Part shown: piece after piece, positions 11,500 to 23,705 of the stretch
Layout of the letters: each line of letters begins with the position of its first letter
Numbering within the stretch: position 1 is the first letter of the stretch
DNA from: Eledone cirrhosa
Taxonomy: Eukaryota
Reading direction: 5' to 3'
Assembly (NCBI GenBank): GCA_964016885.1
Contig: OZ024741.1
Coordinates: 54,994,001-55,058,000, forward strand
Length of the DNA stretch: 64,000 nt
Translations under genes and position numbers: made by a program
The notes under the pieces: generated by a model
The model's database searches: none
What the model was told of the DNA's origin: nothing
The model's input: only the letters and a program-made list of their open reading frames with translations

Positions 11500-14400
11500 C
11501 ATTTTTGGGGCCCTTTCTGCCCGTGTGTTTGTTTGTTTATGTGTGTCCGTATACAGCGTGGTGATAATGCCACACACGGGCCAAGTGGGATGGCGGATCC
11601 ACAGATGGCTATGTAAACATACATTCGCCAATCCTCGATAAGAGTGTTTAAATATCGAACATAAACAGTTCGAATAACGGTGAAATGGAGACTAGAACGT
11701 CATGTGACAGACTCTCACCCAACAGGTGCCCCCTGGCTCAGCAGCAGGAACCTGACTGTCAACCAAATACTGCTGATGTTGGAGGAAGAAGAAGAAGGAA
11801 AGGGGCCAGAACCAACTGGACGAAAGAATTGAATAGAACTGTTATGCAATGCTACCTGAAAAGTAACCCCAAGGAGATGGGCTACAGGAGACGGATGCAT
11901 AACATCTGGAACGAGATTGGTTTATTTAAATTAGATGAACAAAAATTGGCCGGGCAGGCTCGGGTAATAAGAACTAATGGGTGGATAAGCGAGCTGGAAC
12001 TGGAGGAACTGAGCAGAGAGAATGGCTTGGAGATGGCGGGTGTAGTATGCCAGACAAGCGAGCCGGCGGGAAATGAAGGTGAGGAGGTCCTGAGAACGGA
12101 GGAACCACCCGAAGCAGACAATGATCTGAATACTGAGATAAATAATACCTGGAACAGAGATACGGCCACTGAGGAGATGAATGCTGACGGGCTAGGACAA
12201 GATTCGGTTGACATCCTAAATTTAGTGGTAGATGAGTTGAACAATGATAGTGGGAGACCTATGAACCTAAGATTTGTAGACAGGAAAAAGTTAAAAGAAA
12301 CAACAGCTAAGGTAAACAAAGTCATCCCATACCTTGAGGCGAGGAGTCTTCACCAGTGCAACAATATCCTCAAAGCAACAGCAAATACGGTGAGGAAACT
12401 ACTTGGTATAAAAGCGAGAGGAAACAACAGACAAGAAAGAGCAGAGCCGTGGTGGAAGAAGCGACTGAGTGGGCAAATCGAGGAAATGAGAAATGACATA
12501 GGAAAGCTTGAGTCACTACTGAATGGGACACTAAAAAACATAGGTACTAAAAATAGACTGGAAATAAAATACAAAACTAGGAGTAAAAAGCTAAATATTA
12601 TCATAGAGGAATTGAAGCAACGCATTGTAGCAAAGAGTGCAAAAATCAGGCGATACGAGAACAGAGTCAGTCAGTATAAACAGAACCGCATGTTCGACAA
12701 CAACCAGAAGATGCTGTTTGGACAGCTTGAGGGGAAAGAAAGAGGCAACGACTTGATCCCTGGGGCGGAACAAGCTAAAACATTCTGGAGAGGAATATGG
12801 GAGCAGGATGTTAGACACAATGCCCAGGCAGGGTGGATTGAGACAGTACAGAGGGAGATCGGTGAGCAGGCACAGCAACAGACTGATTTGAGTATCACAG
12901 TTGAAACTCTTAAGGGGCAAGCCAAAAAACTAACCAACTGGAAATCACCAGGCCCAGATGGTGTGCAGGGGTATTGGATTAAACATTTAACATCCCTCCA
13001 CCCGAAGCTGACGGCCATGTTCAATGACAGCTTGGTGTCGGGTGAGGTGCCAGAGTGGTTGACAAAAGGTACCACAGTTCTGATAATGAAAGACCGAATC
13101 AAGGGTAATGATGTTACCAACTATAGACCTATCACATGTCTGCCCGTAATGTGGAAACTGTTGACGAGCATTGTGTCTGAGGAAATCTACCATCACCTCC
13201 ACACAAACAACTTGTTGCCGGACGAACAGAAAGGATGCCGAAAGAAGTCACGTGGTACAAAGGACCAGTTGCTTATTGATAAGATGGTAATGGGGAATTG
13301 CAGGAGGAGACACACTGATCTTGCCATGGGATGGATAGACTACAGAAAGGCATTTGACATGGTGCCTCATTCCTGGATCACCAAAAGCCTGGAGATCTTC
13401 AGGGTGGCAGATAACATCAGACAGTTGCTGGGCAGGAGTATGGGGTCCTGGGAGACAGAGTTGACATCAACTGGAGTATCCTTGGGAAGCGTGAAGATCA
13501 AGAGAGGTATCTTCCAGGGAGATAGCCTGTCCCCTCTGTTGTTTGTCCTTGCCCTGATGCCCTTGACCATTATGCTGCGAAAAGTGAGAGCAGGATACAA
13601 GTTGGGAAGGGGAGAGCTTACCATCAATCACCTCCTCTTCATGGACGATCTTAAGCTCTTCGGGAAAAGTGAGAAGGAGTTGGATGTGCTTGTTGACACT
13701 GTCCGTATTTTCAGCAGTGATATATGTATGCAGTTTGGTATTGGTAAATGTGGAGTCATTGTGATGAGGAGGGGTAGGTTGAGCAGAAGTAACGGGATCC
13801 AGATACCAACAGGTGAGATGATAAAGGAAATTGACTCTGAGGAAGGATACAAGTATTTGGGCGTTCTGGAGGCTGATGGCATAAAGAACAAAAAAATGAA
13901 GGAATTGTTAAGAACTGAATACATTCGGAGAGTAAGGAGCGTATTGAAGTCACATCTGAACAGCAGAAATGCCATAAGCGCAGTAAATTCCCGAGCTGTG
14001 TCTATTATTAGGTACAGTGCGGGAATTCTGAGATGGAATGTTGCTGAACAAAAAGAAATGGATAGGAAGACTAGGAAGCTATTGACTATCTACAACATGT
14101 TCCACAAGAGGAGTGATGTCGATAGACTCTACCTAAGGAGATCTGAGGGTGGAAGAGGTCTTATCAGCATAGAGGACTGTGTTCAGATGGAGAAAAACAA
14201 CCTATACAAATACGTGACCTATAGTAAGGAGCCAATGCTCAGAGCTGTACTGAAGGAGGGGACAGTAGGCCAGGGGATATCCAAGGAGGAAATAACATCA
14301 AGGAGGAAGAGCAGCCTTAAGGGAAAATCCCTTCATAGTACCTTCTTTGAGAAAACTGAATTTAGAGATCCACAGACATGGAACTGGTTGAGAAGAGGAG

Positions 14401-15152
14401 ACCTCAAAAAGGCTACAGAAGGAATGCTAATGGCTGCGCAGGAGCAGGCCCTCAAAACGAAGTGGTTGAAGCACCATATCTACAAGGAGGAGGCTAGCCC
14501 ACTGTGCAGGATCTGTGGAGAGAGAGAGGAGACTGTGGCTCACATTGTGTCCGAGTGTAAACACCTAGCCCAGACCCACTATAAGGGCTGGAGACACGAT
14601 GTGATGGGCAGGGTGATCCACTGGCACCTGTGCAAAGTAAACAATCTACCACATTCTGAGAAATGGTATGAGCATAGGCCAGAGGCGGTGATGGAGAACA
14701 GTCAGGTGAAGGTGCTGTGGGATTTTAGGATACAGACGGACAAAAAACTGGAACACAATAGACCTGACCTGGTGGTTGTGGACAAAGAAAAAAGATCGTG
14801 CCTGATTGTGGATGTGGCCTGCCCGTTCGACACGAGAGTGCAAGAGAAGGAGAGGGAGAAAATTAACCGATACCAGGACCTAAAGTGGGAGGTGAAAAGG
14901 ATTTGGAACTGCCATGAAGTCAAAGTGATCCCGATTGTCATAGGCGCACTGGGGACTATCTCCAAAGGTTTCCAGGGATGGTTAAAGAAAATCGGCCCCT
15001 TCACGCTTTTTGGAACGCTTCAAAAGGCATGCTTGCTTGGAACGGCAAGAACCCTCCGATACGTCCTGAATATCTGAGGCTGCAGGTAGTGGCTTGATAT
15101 TCAATCCAACGGACTTTCCAGTTAACCAACATCAATGACTGAGATTCAAGGA
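11500..15152 (+). mobile_element. Probably full-length R4/Dong-like LINE, family A (5' boundary uncertain)
   Basis: Intact ORF, a 3' UTR shared with the copies at 1-1005 and 21033-22492, and a (TAA)n tail. Confidence 0.9.
11685..15077 (+). CDS. Intact single-ORF protein of an R4/Dong-like RLE retrotransposon (RT, CCHC knuckle, restriction-like endonuclease)
   Basis: 1130 aa with no interruption. Motifs include KSPGPDG, YRPITCL, IDYRKAFD, GIFQGDSLSP, HLLFMDDLKLF, GGRGL, CRIC..H..SEC, RHD, RPDLVVVD..IVDVACP..EK..RY and IVIGALG. Confidence 0.96.
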   Translation: METRTSCDRLSPNRCPLAQQQEPDCQPNTADVGGRRRRKGARTNWTKELNRTVMQCYLKSNPKEMGYRRRMHNIWNEIGLFKLDEQKLAGQARVIRTNGWISELELEELSRENGLEMAGVVCQTSEPAGNEGEEVLRTEEPPEADNDLNTEINNTWNRDTATEEMNADGLGQDSVDILNLVVDELNNDSGRPMNLRFVDRKKLKETTAKVNKVIPYLEARSLHQCNNILKATANTVRKLLGIKARGNNRQERAEPWWKKRLSGQIEEMRNDIGKLESLLNGTLKNIGTKNRLEIKYKTRSKKLNIIIEELKQRIVAKSAKIRRYENRVSQYKQNRMFDNNQKMLFGQLEGKERGNDLIPGAEQAKTFWRGIWEQDVRHNAQAGWIETVQREIGEQAQQQTDLSITVETLKGQAKKLTNWKSPGPDGVQGYWIKHLTSLHPKLTAMFNDSLVSGEVPEWLTKGTTVLIMKDRIKGNDVTNYRPITCLPVMWKLLTSIVSEEIYHHLHTNNLLPDEQKGCRKKSRGTKDQLLIDKMVMGNCRRRHTDLAMGWIDYRKAFDMVPHSWITKSLEIFRVADNIRQLLGRSMGSWETELTSTGVSLGSVKIKRGIFQGDSLSPLLFVLALMPLTIMLRKVRAGYKLGRGELTINHLLFMDDLKLFGKSEKELDVLVDTVRIFSSDICMQFGIGKCGVIVMRRGRLSRSNGIQIPTGEMIKEIDSEEGYKYLGVLEADGIKNKKMKELLRTEYIRRVRSVLKSHLNSRNAISAVNSRAVSIIRYSAGILRWNVAEQKEMDRKTRKLLTIYNMFHKRSDVDRLYLRRSEGGRGLISIEDCVQMEKNNLYKYVTYSKEPMLRAVLKEGTVGQGISKEEITSRRKSSLKGKSLHSTFFEKTEFRDPQTWNWLRRGDLKKATEGMLMAAQEQALKTKWLKHHIYKEEASPLCRICGEREETVAHIVSECKHLAQTHYKGWRHDVMGRVIHWHLCKVNNLPHSEKWYEHRPEAVMENSQVKVLWDFRIQTDKKLEHNRPDLVVVDKEKRSCLIVDVACPFDTRVQEKEREKINRYQDLKWEVKRIWNCHEVKVIPIVIGALGTISKGFQGWLKKIGPFTLFGTLQKACLLGTARTLRYVLNI

Positions 15153-15433
15153 ATAACAATAATAATAATAATAAAATAATAATAATAATGTTTTCTTTAT
15201 TAACCACAAGGGTTTACATAAAGTAGACATTAAGGACAGTACAGGACAATACAGGACGGTACAAATGGGCATTTCTGCGTGTAAAAAAAACAGAGGATGT
15301 AATAAAATAACAAAGAAAAATTCCCCAATAGGGGGGAGACTTCCGAGGGACATTTGTGGAAAAAGCCCATTAAAAGACCACAGTGACCCTGACCACCAGG
15401 GCAAGTGCCCTCTCCCAGTTTTCCACCTTTAAT

Positions 15434-18400
15434 TTACAGACACATACTCAGAGAAGGCCCATTCATTCGGGCCATACTTGCTTCTCTCACCCATCTTTCA
15501 ACAAAATGCTGGGAAGAGAGCACTTCCCTCTCTACCCTGATTTTCTTTTTCAAATGAAATTTGAAAAAGTTAATCAGGGCATCACCGAAGAGGTAAGTGC
15601 TCGTCTTCAGCCCTTTCAAATGTGTCCACCATACTATCTCTTTCGCCATGGCCACCAGACAGATAAAAACTGCTTGCCCTTCCCGGCTAAAGGAAGAGGG
15701 CGGGGCAATCCTCACGATGGACTCAGCTGATAGCTGGATCCGTCCTACACGTGACAGCAGGTGTTCGACATAAACCCACAAGTCAGCAATGCTCGGACAC
15801 TGGACGAGTGCGTGCAGGACGGTTTCGTCGCCCTGTGCGCATCTCGGACATGCCCGGATGACGACACCTCCCTGCCTGTGAAGTTTATCCCGAACTGGCA
15901 AAGCTCCCCGGTAGCACTGCCAGGCCAGGGATTTCTGGAAGTTGTCCATAGGCCACGGCCCGAAAGTCCTTCAGAAGAGATTGGCTAGTTGATTTTCGTC
16001 GACGCCTAGAGTTTCTCCAAGTACGTCGTCGCTCTTCCCCTCCACTAATCCTCTATAGAACGCCAAGGTGGAGTTTCCACCGATCACATTGCCCGATTGG
16101 TCGAGGGCTGTGAGCGCCTGAAGACATTCCAGTGTCCAAGCGCTCCCTCTCGGTCTTCGCTTGACCCAGGACTGCAGCTCCGTCAGGGAGACGAGCTGGG
16201 GAAAGACGTGTCTAGCAAACGGCGACCACACCTGATCACCGTCGAGGAAGAGGTGGAGATGTCGTAGCCTGAGCGCGTGTCTGCGCATCATTAGCCACGG
16301 CATGCCCAGCCCTCCACGTAGCGGGTGTTAACAGCAGATGGACCGCCTGACCATCGGAGCATGTCCCTTCCACAAAATGCGAAAGAGCAAACGCTCCAGC
16401 GCAGTCAGGCGGGGCTTAGGACAAGGTACGACGGTCAGGCGGTAGTAGATGACGGACGCGATGTACGCGTTAGCCACTTCCGCTCGACCTTTCAGGGATA
16501 GCTTCCTCTCGGCCCATTTCTGGGTGAGAGACCCACCCTGCTCGTCACCTCGTCCCAGTTTTTGTCCGTCTGGAGGTCTGGACTGAACCAGACACCTAGC
16601 AATTTAACCGGTCCGTCCGTCCAGCGCCCGACGACGCTGTTGGACGGCATGGACCTGCCTCTCCAGGTGCCGAGCTGCAGGCCCACTGACTTTTCCTGGT
16701 TGATCATTGCTCCTGTCACCGCTTCGTATTCTCTTAGTGTAGTGCCGATCGCCTCGATGTGTTTGGCGTTTGACACCACTACGGTGACATCGTCCGCATA
16801 TGCTGACACGGATCTTCCGCATCCTAGTTCGCGCGGAATCCGCCTCAACGTCTCAGGTTTTTTCAGTAATGGCTCGAGAGTCAATACGTACAATAGGGAT
16901 GAGAGGGGACATCCTTGGCGGACCGAGCGCATGATGTTGAACGGTTCCGAAAGGTGACCGTTCACTCTCACTACAGAGCAGATGTCGCTGTGCATGGCAG
17001 CGATCCAGCCTCTGAAGACGGGCCCAAAGCCAGCCGCCCTCAGGACTGCCGCTAGGTAACGATGGTCGACCCTATCGAAGGCTTTCGACTGATCTAAATT
17101 GATCAAAGACCCACCCGTGCCAGGTTCCCTAGCTACCCATCTACGATGTATCGCATGAGGTGGAGGTTGTCGTGGATGGATCTGTCGGGAATGGCGCATG
17201 TCTGCGCCTCTCCCACCAGACCACCAACGACAAGCGCCAACCTCTTTGCTAGCACCTTGGCCAAAATCTTGAATTCTGTGTTTAGCAGAGTTATGGGCCT
17301 AAAATTATCAATGTTATCCCCTTTGTTCGGGTCCTTTCTCAGCAGCGCCACCGTTCCTCGGCTCACAGAGCTGGGAATTCTCCCGTGTTGTTGCCAGTTG
17401 CAGTAGACGTCTGCCAAGAGGCCTCCGAACAAGTCTGGCATTTGTACGTAAAGTTCATAGGGCAGACCATCCAAACCAGGCGATTTACCCCTTGTGCAGC
17501 CAGTCATTGCCTCCCGTACTTCAGCGGCTGTTATCGGCTTTTCGCAACACTCCGCCTCAGTGGCCGAGAGCCGCGGCAGTCCGTCGAGGTAGACAGTAAA
17601 GTCCATCCCTCGATCCGGCCAGCCACTGCCCCCGAACAGTTGAGCGAAGTGTCGCTGAAAAGCTTCACACATTTGCCCGGGATCGAGTAGCATGCGCCCG
17701 TCGTGGTCCACCAAAGACCGGATCGTGGCTTTGTTGCCACGACGCGCCTCCGCCACTCGGGCCCATTGAACGGCTTTCGTCCCCTCGTGTCTGAGAGCAC
17801 GCACCCTAGCTCTGACAACGCAGCCTTCGTGCTTTGCATTGAAGAATTGGTCAAGGGCCAATTTCGCCGCAAGTACGTCGGTCGCGATGCCTTTGCAAAG
17901 CGCCTCGTCTAATTTTCTAACTAATTCTCCCTCTGCTCTATTTTTCTCTATTGCTAAAGCCTTACTAAACCTAATGGACTCTATTCTAATTGCTCTTTTC
18001 AGAGCAAACCACCACTTGTTGATGACGATGGCCCCCGTCAACGACCGCTTAACTAGTTCGCTAATCCGGTCTCTGTAGGCCTTGCGCGCTGGTAAGGACG
18101 CGTTTAGCTTCCAGTAGCCGGGTCCTCGTCTATGAAGCCTATCTAAGTCAAGCACACAGATCACGAATTTGTGGTCCGTGTAGCTGACTATCTTGAATTG
18201 TGGACAGCCTATGCTAGACCTATCTATTTCCCTACGAAATACTCTATCTAGATATGATCTGGATGACCCTATGCGATTTGTCCAAGTCCACATTAGTACA
18301 TTCGGGAAATCCAATCGGTACCTGTCAGACAGTTCAAAACGCCTGAGCAGGTTGGTGAGACTCTTGCACCCTCTTTCCCTATCCACTAATCCCACACAAT

Positions 18401-18860
18401 CCCAGCGTGCATCTAAGATCCCGTTCCAGTCGCCCACTAACACTAAAGAGCGGGACGTTCCAAGAAAGGTCTCTAGACGCCGGAAGAAATCAGGCCGCCC
18501 TGCTCCTGTCGGGGCATAGATGGCCACTAACCTGAAAGCTTGCCCGTCTCTGCTGGTCACGTCCAGCACCACCAACTTACCTTCTGGGTCCAGGAAGATG
18601 GCCCGTATGGCAAGATCCAAACCTCTCCGAAAAAGCACAGCAACTCCTTCCCCCGATCCCGGACGGCTGGGAGATGCGTGCACATCGTAGCCGACGAAGA
18701 TCGGTGCGAAGGCCCGTACTTCGGAGATCTGGTCTCGCTGATGGCCACTACATCTATGTTTAGTGACCTGAGGTCGTTGAGCAGGTGGCCCTGCTTTCAT
18801 GACGACCCCAAGCCACGCGCATTTATGCTGCCTATTCTGAGTTGAAAAGGAGTGGAAAAT
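15434..18860 (-). pseudogene. Tx1 ORF2: AP endonuclease, RT and C-terminal Cys/His domain, with frameshifts and stops
   Basis: IGSINARGL, IYAP, VGDWN, SYLDR, TDHK, KSPGLDG, FRPITLLN, LDQSKAFDRV, VRQGCPLS, AYADD and CPRC..ETVLHALVQC, spread over several frames. Confidence 0.92.
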
Positions 18861-18874
18861 ATGGGAAAGACCAC

Positions 18875-20760
18875 TTACCTTACTTCTCGTAGAGGAAGGA
18901 CGGTTTTTCCATCCTTTTCACTGCTTGTGGCCTCCTCAGGAAGGATGTCCTTATAAATCCTCCTGGAGAGTGCTTGTCGGAAGTCTCCGATGTCTTTGGG
19001 GAATTTTTGTTTTAGTGTCATGTACGTTTTCTGTGTGATGCGAGTGATTTGTATGTGTGGAGGTGGTGTGAATTTTTGGGTTGTTGTGTAGTCTTTTTCT
19101 GTGATGCTGGTGTTGTGTTGGATGTAGTGTAATAATTGCTTGTTGTTCAAATTTAATGCTGTGTAGTGTGTATCGTTTTGGTTGTTTTGTTTTGTTTGCG
19201 TTTGTTGTGGGTTTGTTTCTGTTTCGCATTTTGGTGACTTTTGTGGTGTAGGTGATGGTGGTGTTGGGGTTAATGATGGTGATGGTGTTGGTGTTTGGGG
19301 TGATGGGCTTGGTGATGCTGGTGTGGATGGTGGCATATCTGTCCTAACTTTTTTGTTTGTTGATTTATTTGTTTCCCTTTGTATTTTGTTTTTTGGGGGG
19401 GAAGGAAGAGAATTTTTCCTTTTTTGGTTTCTTTTTTTTTTCCTGATACCGTTTCCCACTCCTCGTCGTCACAATCTGTCTCCAGTTGTGATAGGCCGGG
19501 GAGTGGAAAATCCTCCACAGGCGTTAGTTTTGGTTGTGGCGTGGTGGATGGTGTAGGCCCTGGTGCTAGTTCTGAAGCGTTGGGTGATGGTGGTGTTGGT
19601 TTTGCTACTGTTGCTGGGGTTGTTGCTGTTATAGTTGCTTCTGTTGTTGCTGCTAAAGTTGTTGCTGCCATCTCTGCTACTGGTGGTGTGGATGGTTGAG
19701 TCACTGGGGTGGGTAGGAGAGGTGGCCTCAACCTTTTAGCCTGAGGGCAGAAAGCCCTTAGGTAGGTTCCTTCACCACAAACAACACACCTAGGCCTTCT
19801 ACCCTCGACAATTACGGTGAGGTGGCTGCCGTCAGTGAGGTCTATTACCTCTGGGATCTCCTCAATGCTTTTTTGGTCCGCTTGGATCAAAAGCTCCATC
19901 CCAGATCCGGACCAGTTCTCCTGCTTTTCTTTTGCTATTGCTATTATCTTTGTGTTGGCTTCGATGCCGGCGAGGACGGCCGCTATTAGCCAGGGAATTT
20001 CGATGGCCGGTGGAACGTGGGTCACCCTGATCTTTACGAGTCTCTGGCCACAATAGCTTGGGACGAGTGTGAAGTCGTCACTTCTTAATGGGGCCATGGA
20101 GTGTTCTCTAGCCTCCTCTGGTGTTTCAAAGAACACGTCCACGGTTCCATACTTCTGCCCACGTCTGATGTGGGTTTTACTTGCTCACACATGTCCCAAA
20201 GCTTTTTGGATTTGGGACTCGGATGCCCGTTCCACTCGGCGCGATTGTACATTTATTGTTCGATACGACACGGTGCATAGGCGCCGATGCTCCATTTTAT
20301 TAGGTGTGGGGGGGGGGGGGGAGGCTGACCCGGTACCCATCTTTCTTTACCATTTTGGGGGCATTTTCTAATTCCTCCTGAGTTACCGTAAATGCTTCGC
20401 ACTGTTTTGCTACTCTGGCAAAACTCAGGATGTTTTTTTTAATGTCATTGTTGTTGTTGTTGCTATCGTTATTTTTGTTATTATTAATTTTAGTTTCAGT
20501 TGTGGTGGTGGTGACATCAGTGGAGTTCGGTTTGGAAGAGTCCATTTTGGTTGAAAATATTTCGACATCACGGCTTTAACACCTGCAGTCATTGGTAATG
20601 GGTGGAAATGAATGTCTGCCTGAGACAAATTTAAAATATTGCTAGTGCTTAAATTGTTTGTGTTGGCAAACTTAGTATCATTTACAATGGTGGTGTCGGT
20701 GTGAGGTGTTAATTTGTGAGGAAGGCTTTCAGTTGCTTGGTGCAGAGGTGAATTAGCCAT
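18875..20760 (-). pseudogene. Tx1 ORF1 (gag-like) remnants
   Basis: Upstream of ORF2 on the same strand. It contains EGRRPRCVVCGEGTYLRAFCP (knuckle with H>Y) and a Pro/Thr-rich tail, and is frameshifted. Confidence 0.75.
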
Positions 20761-20970
20761 TTTTTTTTCAAAGAAATTTTTTGATAATCATAAAAGTTTA
20801 AATTTTGGGCACAAGGCCCCAATCTTTTTGGGTGTCCTTTTCGGAAAACAATGTATGTGCGCTTATATATAGTTAACAATCAAAATTTTCCATAATTGGC
20901 AATTTTTAACAAACGGAAATAACAAACCTTTGCGGAGCTCACGATGATACGATTTACTACGTAGGTCGCC

Positions 20971-21032
<62 letters not shown>

Positions 21033-21033
<1 letters not shown>

Positions 21034-22492
21034 TGTTGACACTGTCCGCATTTTCAGCAATGATATATGTAGGCAATTTAGTATTAGTAAGTGTGGAGTC
21101 CTTGTGATGAAGAGGAGTAAATTGAGCAGAAGCAACGGAATCCAGGTACCAACAGGTAAGATGATAAAGGAAATTGACACTGAAGAGGGATACAAGCATT
21201 TGGGTGTTCTGGAGGCTGATGACATCAAGAAGAAAAACATGAAGGAATTGATAAGATCTGAATATATTCGGAGAGTAAGGAGCGTATTACAGTCACACCT
21301 GAACAGTAGGAATGCCATAAGTGCAATAAATTCCCGAGCTGTGTCTATTATTAGGTACAGTGCGGGAATTCTGAGATGGAATGTTGCTGAACAAAAAGAA
21401 ATGGATAGGAAGACTAGGAAGCTATTGACTATCTACAACATATTCTACAAGAGAAGTGATGTCGATAGACTCTACTTAAGGAGATATGAAGGTGGAAGAG
21501 GTCTTATCAGCATAGAGGACTGTGTTCAGATGGAGAAAAACAACCTACACAAATACGTGACTGATAGTAAGGAGCCAATGCTCAGAATTGTACTGAAGGA
21601 GAGGACAATAGACCAGGGGATGTCCAAGGAGGAAATAACAACAAGGAGAAAGAGCAGCCTTCAGGAAAAATCCCTTCATAGTACTTTCTTTGAGAAAACT
21701 GAATTTAGAGATTCACAGACATGGAACTAGTTGAAAAGAGGAGACCATAAAAAGGCTACAGAAGGAATGCTAATGGCTGCGCAAGAGCAGGCCCTCAAAA
21801 CGAAGTGATTGAAACACCATATTTACAAGGAGGAGGCTAGCCCACTGTGCAGGATCTGTGGAGAGAGAGAGGAGACTGTGGCTCACATTGTATCCGAGTG
21901 TAAACACCTAGCCCAGACTCACTATAAAGGCTGGAGACATGATGGGCAGGGTGATCCACTGGCACCTATGCAAAGTAAACAATTTCCCACATTCTGAAAA
22001 GTGGTATGAGCATAAGCCAGAGTCGGTGATAGAAAACGATCAGGTGAAGGTGCTGTGGGATTTTAGGATACAGACGGACAAGAAACTGGGACACACTAGA
22101 CCTGACCTGGTGGTTTTGGACAAGAAAAAAAGATCGTGCCTGATTGTGGATGTGGCCTGCCCATTCGACACGAGAGTGCAAGAGAGGGAAAGGGAGAAAA
22201 TTAACCGATACCAGGACTTAAATTGGGAGGTAAGAAGGATTTGGAACTGCCATGAAGTCAAAGTGGTCCCGATTATTATAGGCGCACTAGGGACTATCTC
22301 AAAAAGTGTCCAGGGATGGTTAAAGAAAATTGGCCCCGCCACGCTTTTTGGAACGCTTCAAAAGGCATGCTTGCTGGGAACAGCAAGAACCCTCCGATAC
22401 GTCCTGAATATCTGAGGCTGCAGGTAGTGGCTTGATATTCATTTCAACAAACTTTCCAGTTAACTAACATCAATGACTGAGACTCAAAGAAC
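21033..22492 (+). mobile_element. R4/Dong-like family A, 5'-truncated degraded copy
   Basis: ORFs 21104-21730, 21809-21997 and 21939-22415 match the intact ORF. It begins directly after (TAA)n and ends in (TAA)n. Confidence 0.94.
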
Positions 22493-22509
22493 AATAATAA
22501 TAATAATAA

Positions 22510-22810
22510 TAATTGTTTCTACTTTTGGCAGCAAATATCCAGTGTATTACTGGTACTTTATTTTATCGACCCCGTAAGGATGAAAGGCAAAGTTAACCTC
22601 GGCGGGATTTGAACTCAGATCATACAAGGAGGTAACTCTATGCTTCAAAGCATGGCGTCCGTCCCTCTACCGATACTGCCAATCCACCGCCCTATAATAA
22701 TAATAATTGTTTCTACATTTGGCACAAGGCCAGCAATTACCCAGTGCATTACTGGTACTTTATTTCATCGACCCCATAAGGATGAAAGGCAAAGTTAACA
22801 TCGGCGGGAC
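22510..22810 (-). mobile_element. Two tandem SINE copies (one near full-length, one 5'-truncated)
   Basis: Reverse complement of TGGCAGTATCGG (A box), GAGTTCAAATCC (B box) and GCCTTTCATCCTTACGGGGTCGATAAAATAAAGTACCAG (resembles the Meta-SINE core). Both abut (TAA)n. Confidence 0.85.
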
Positions 22811-23127
22811 CGTAGGAGAGGAAGAATAAAGAACTTGTTTTATTGTTTTAACGGATTGTAACTCCTTCATTCACTCATTTTCGTATATATGTGTGAATGA
22901 AGTAATTCCGTCGGAAAAGTCCAGGAAAAAAGAGTGCTCTATGTAGGTAACAGAGCTTAATAGTTATGTAATAAACAACATGAAATCTTTAGATTGCATT
23001 TTTGTTTTTAAAATCCAAATTCAATAAACAGACCAGGATTTTTTCATTCTGAGGATTGAAAGCAAAATTATTTGCTTTTAAGAAACCACTGGTAAATGGA
23101 ATAATTGCCTTATTTGGTTTATTACAG

Positions 23128-23254
<127 letters not shown>

Positions 23255-23644
23255 TGACTGTACACGCACAAGCTTTTTCTCAAAAATATTTTTTTACGTT
23301 TCCTCATCTTTTCATTCTTCTCTGTCTTTCTATTTCCTTTATTATTTCTCATTCTATATTCTCAAGAAGGGTATACCTCCGAAACGTTAAGATTCTCCTT
23401 TCCTACTATATCAAGCGTTAAACTAATCAATATATTCACTGTACTGTAGTATTTGCTTCGTTTCTTTTCCGTTCACTTTTCGCTCATATACATATATATA
23501 TATATAAGCAAAAGGGATATTCAATTTGTTGGTAATTCAACAAATATAAATGTTTATAACTGATTCAGAGCACTCGACAAGTTTTCTGGAGTATAATATT
23601 CAATGATATTTAATAAATGGAAATTATATTTATAAAACCATATT

Positions 23645-23705
23645 TATTCTATTATATATATTTCAAGGGTACCAAAACTTTGGTACGCTTTCATCAGATA
23701 AAATA
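23645..23705 (-). ncRNA. Type I hammerhead ribozyme motif
   Basis: Minus strand TATTTTAT-CTGATGA-AAGCGTACCAAA..TTTGGTACCCTT-GAAA-TATATA-TA-ATAGAATA. Confidence 0.83.

Larger units (their letters stand above)
15190..20969 (-). mobile_element. Near full-length Tx1/L1-clade LINE, inactivated
   Basis: ORF1 and ORF2 remnants. The 3' end reads CCCTTGTGGTTAATAAAGAAAA. (TAA)n tracts flank both ends (15153-15189 and 20970-21032). Confidence 0.92.

Noticed and set aside
18795-18805. In-frame TGA early in Tx1 ORF2, considered as recoding or selenocysteine
   Set aside because: The homologue near 54070 has Trp here and the element carries other frameshifts, so this is a simple nonsense mutation.
22510-22692. 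A-box/B-box sequences as tRNA genes
   Set aside because: There is no cloverleaf. They are heads of a multi-copy SINE.
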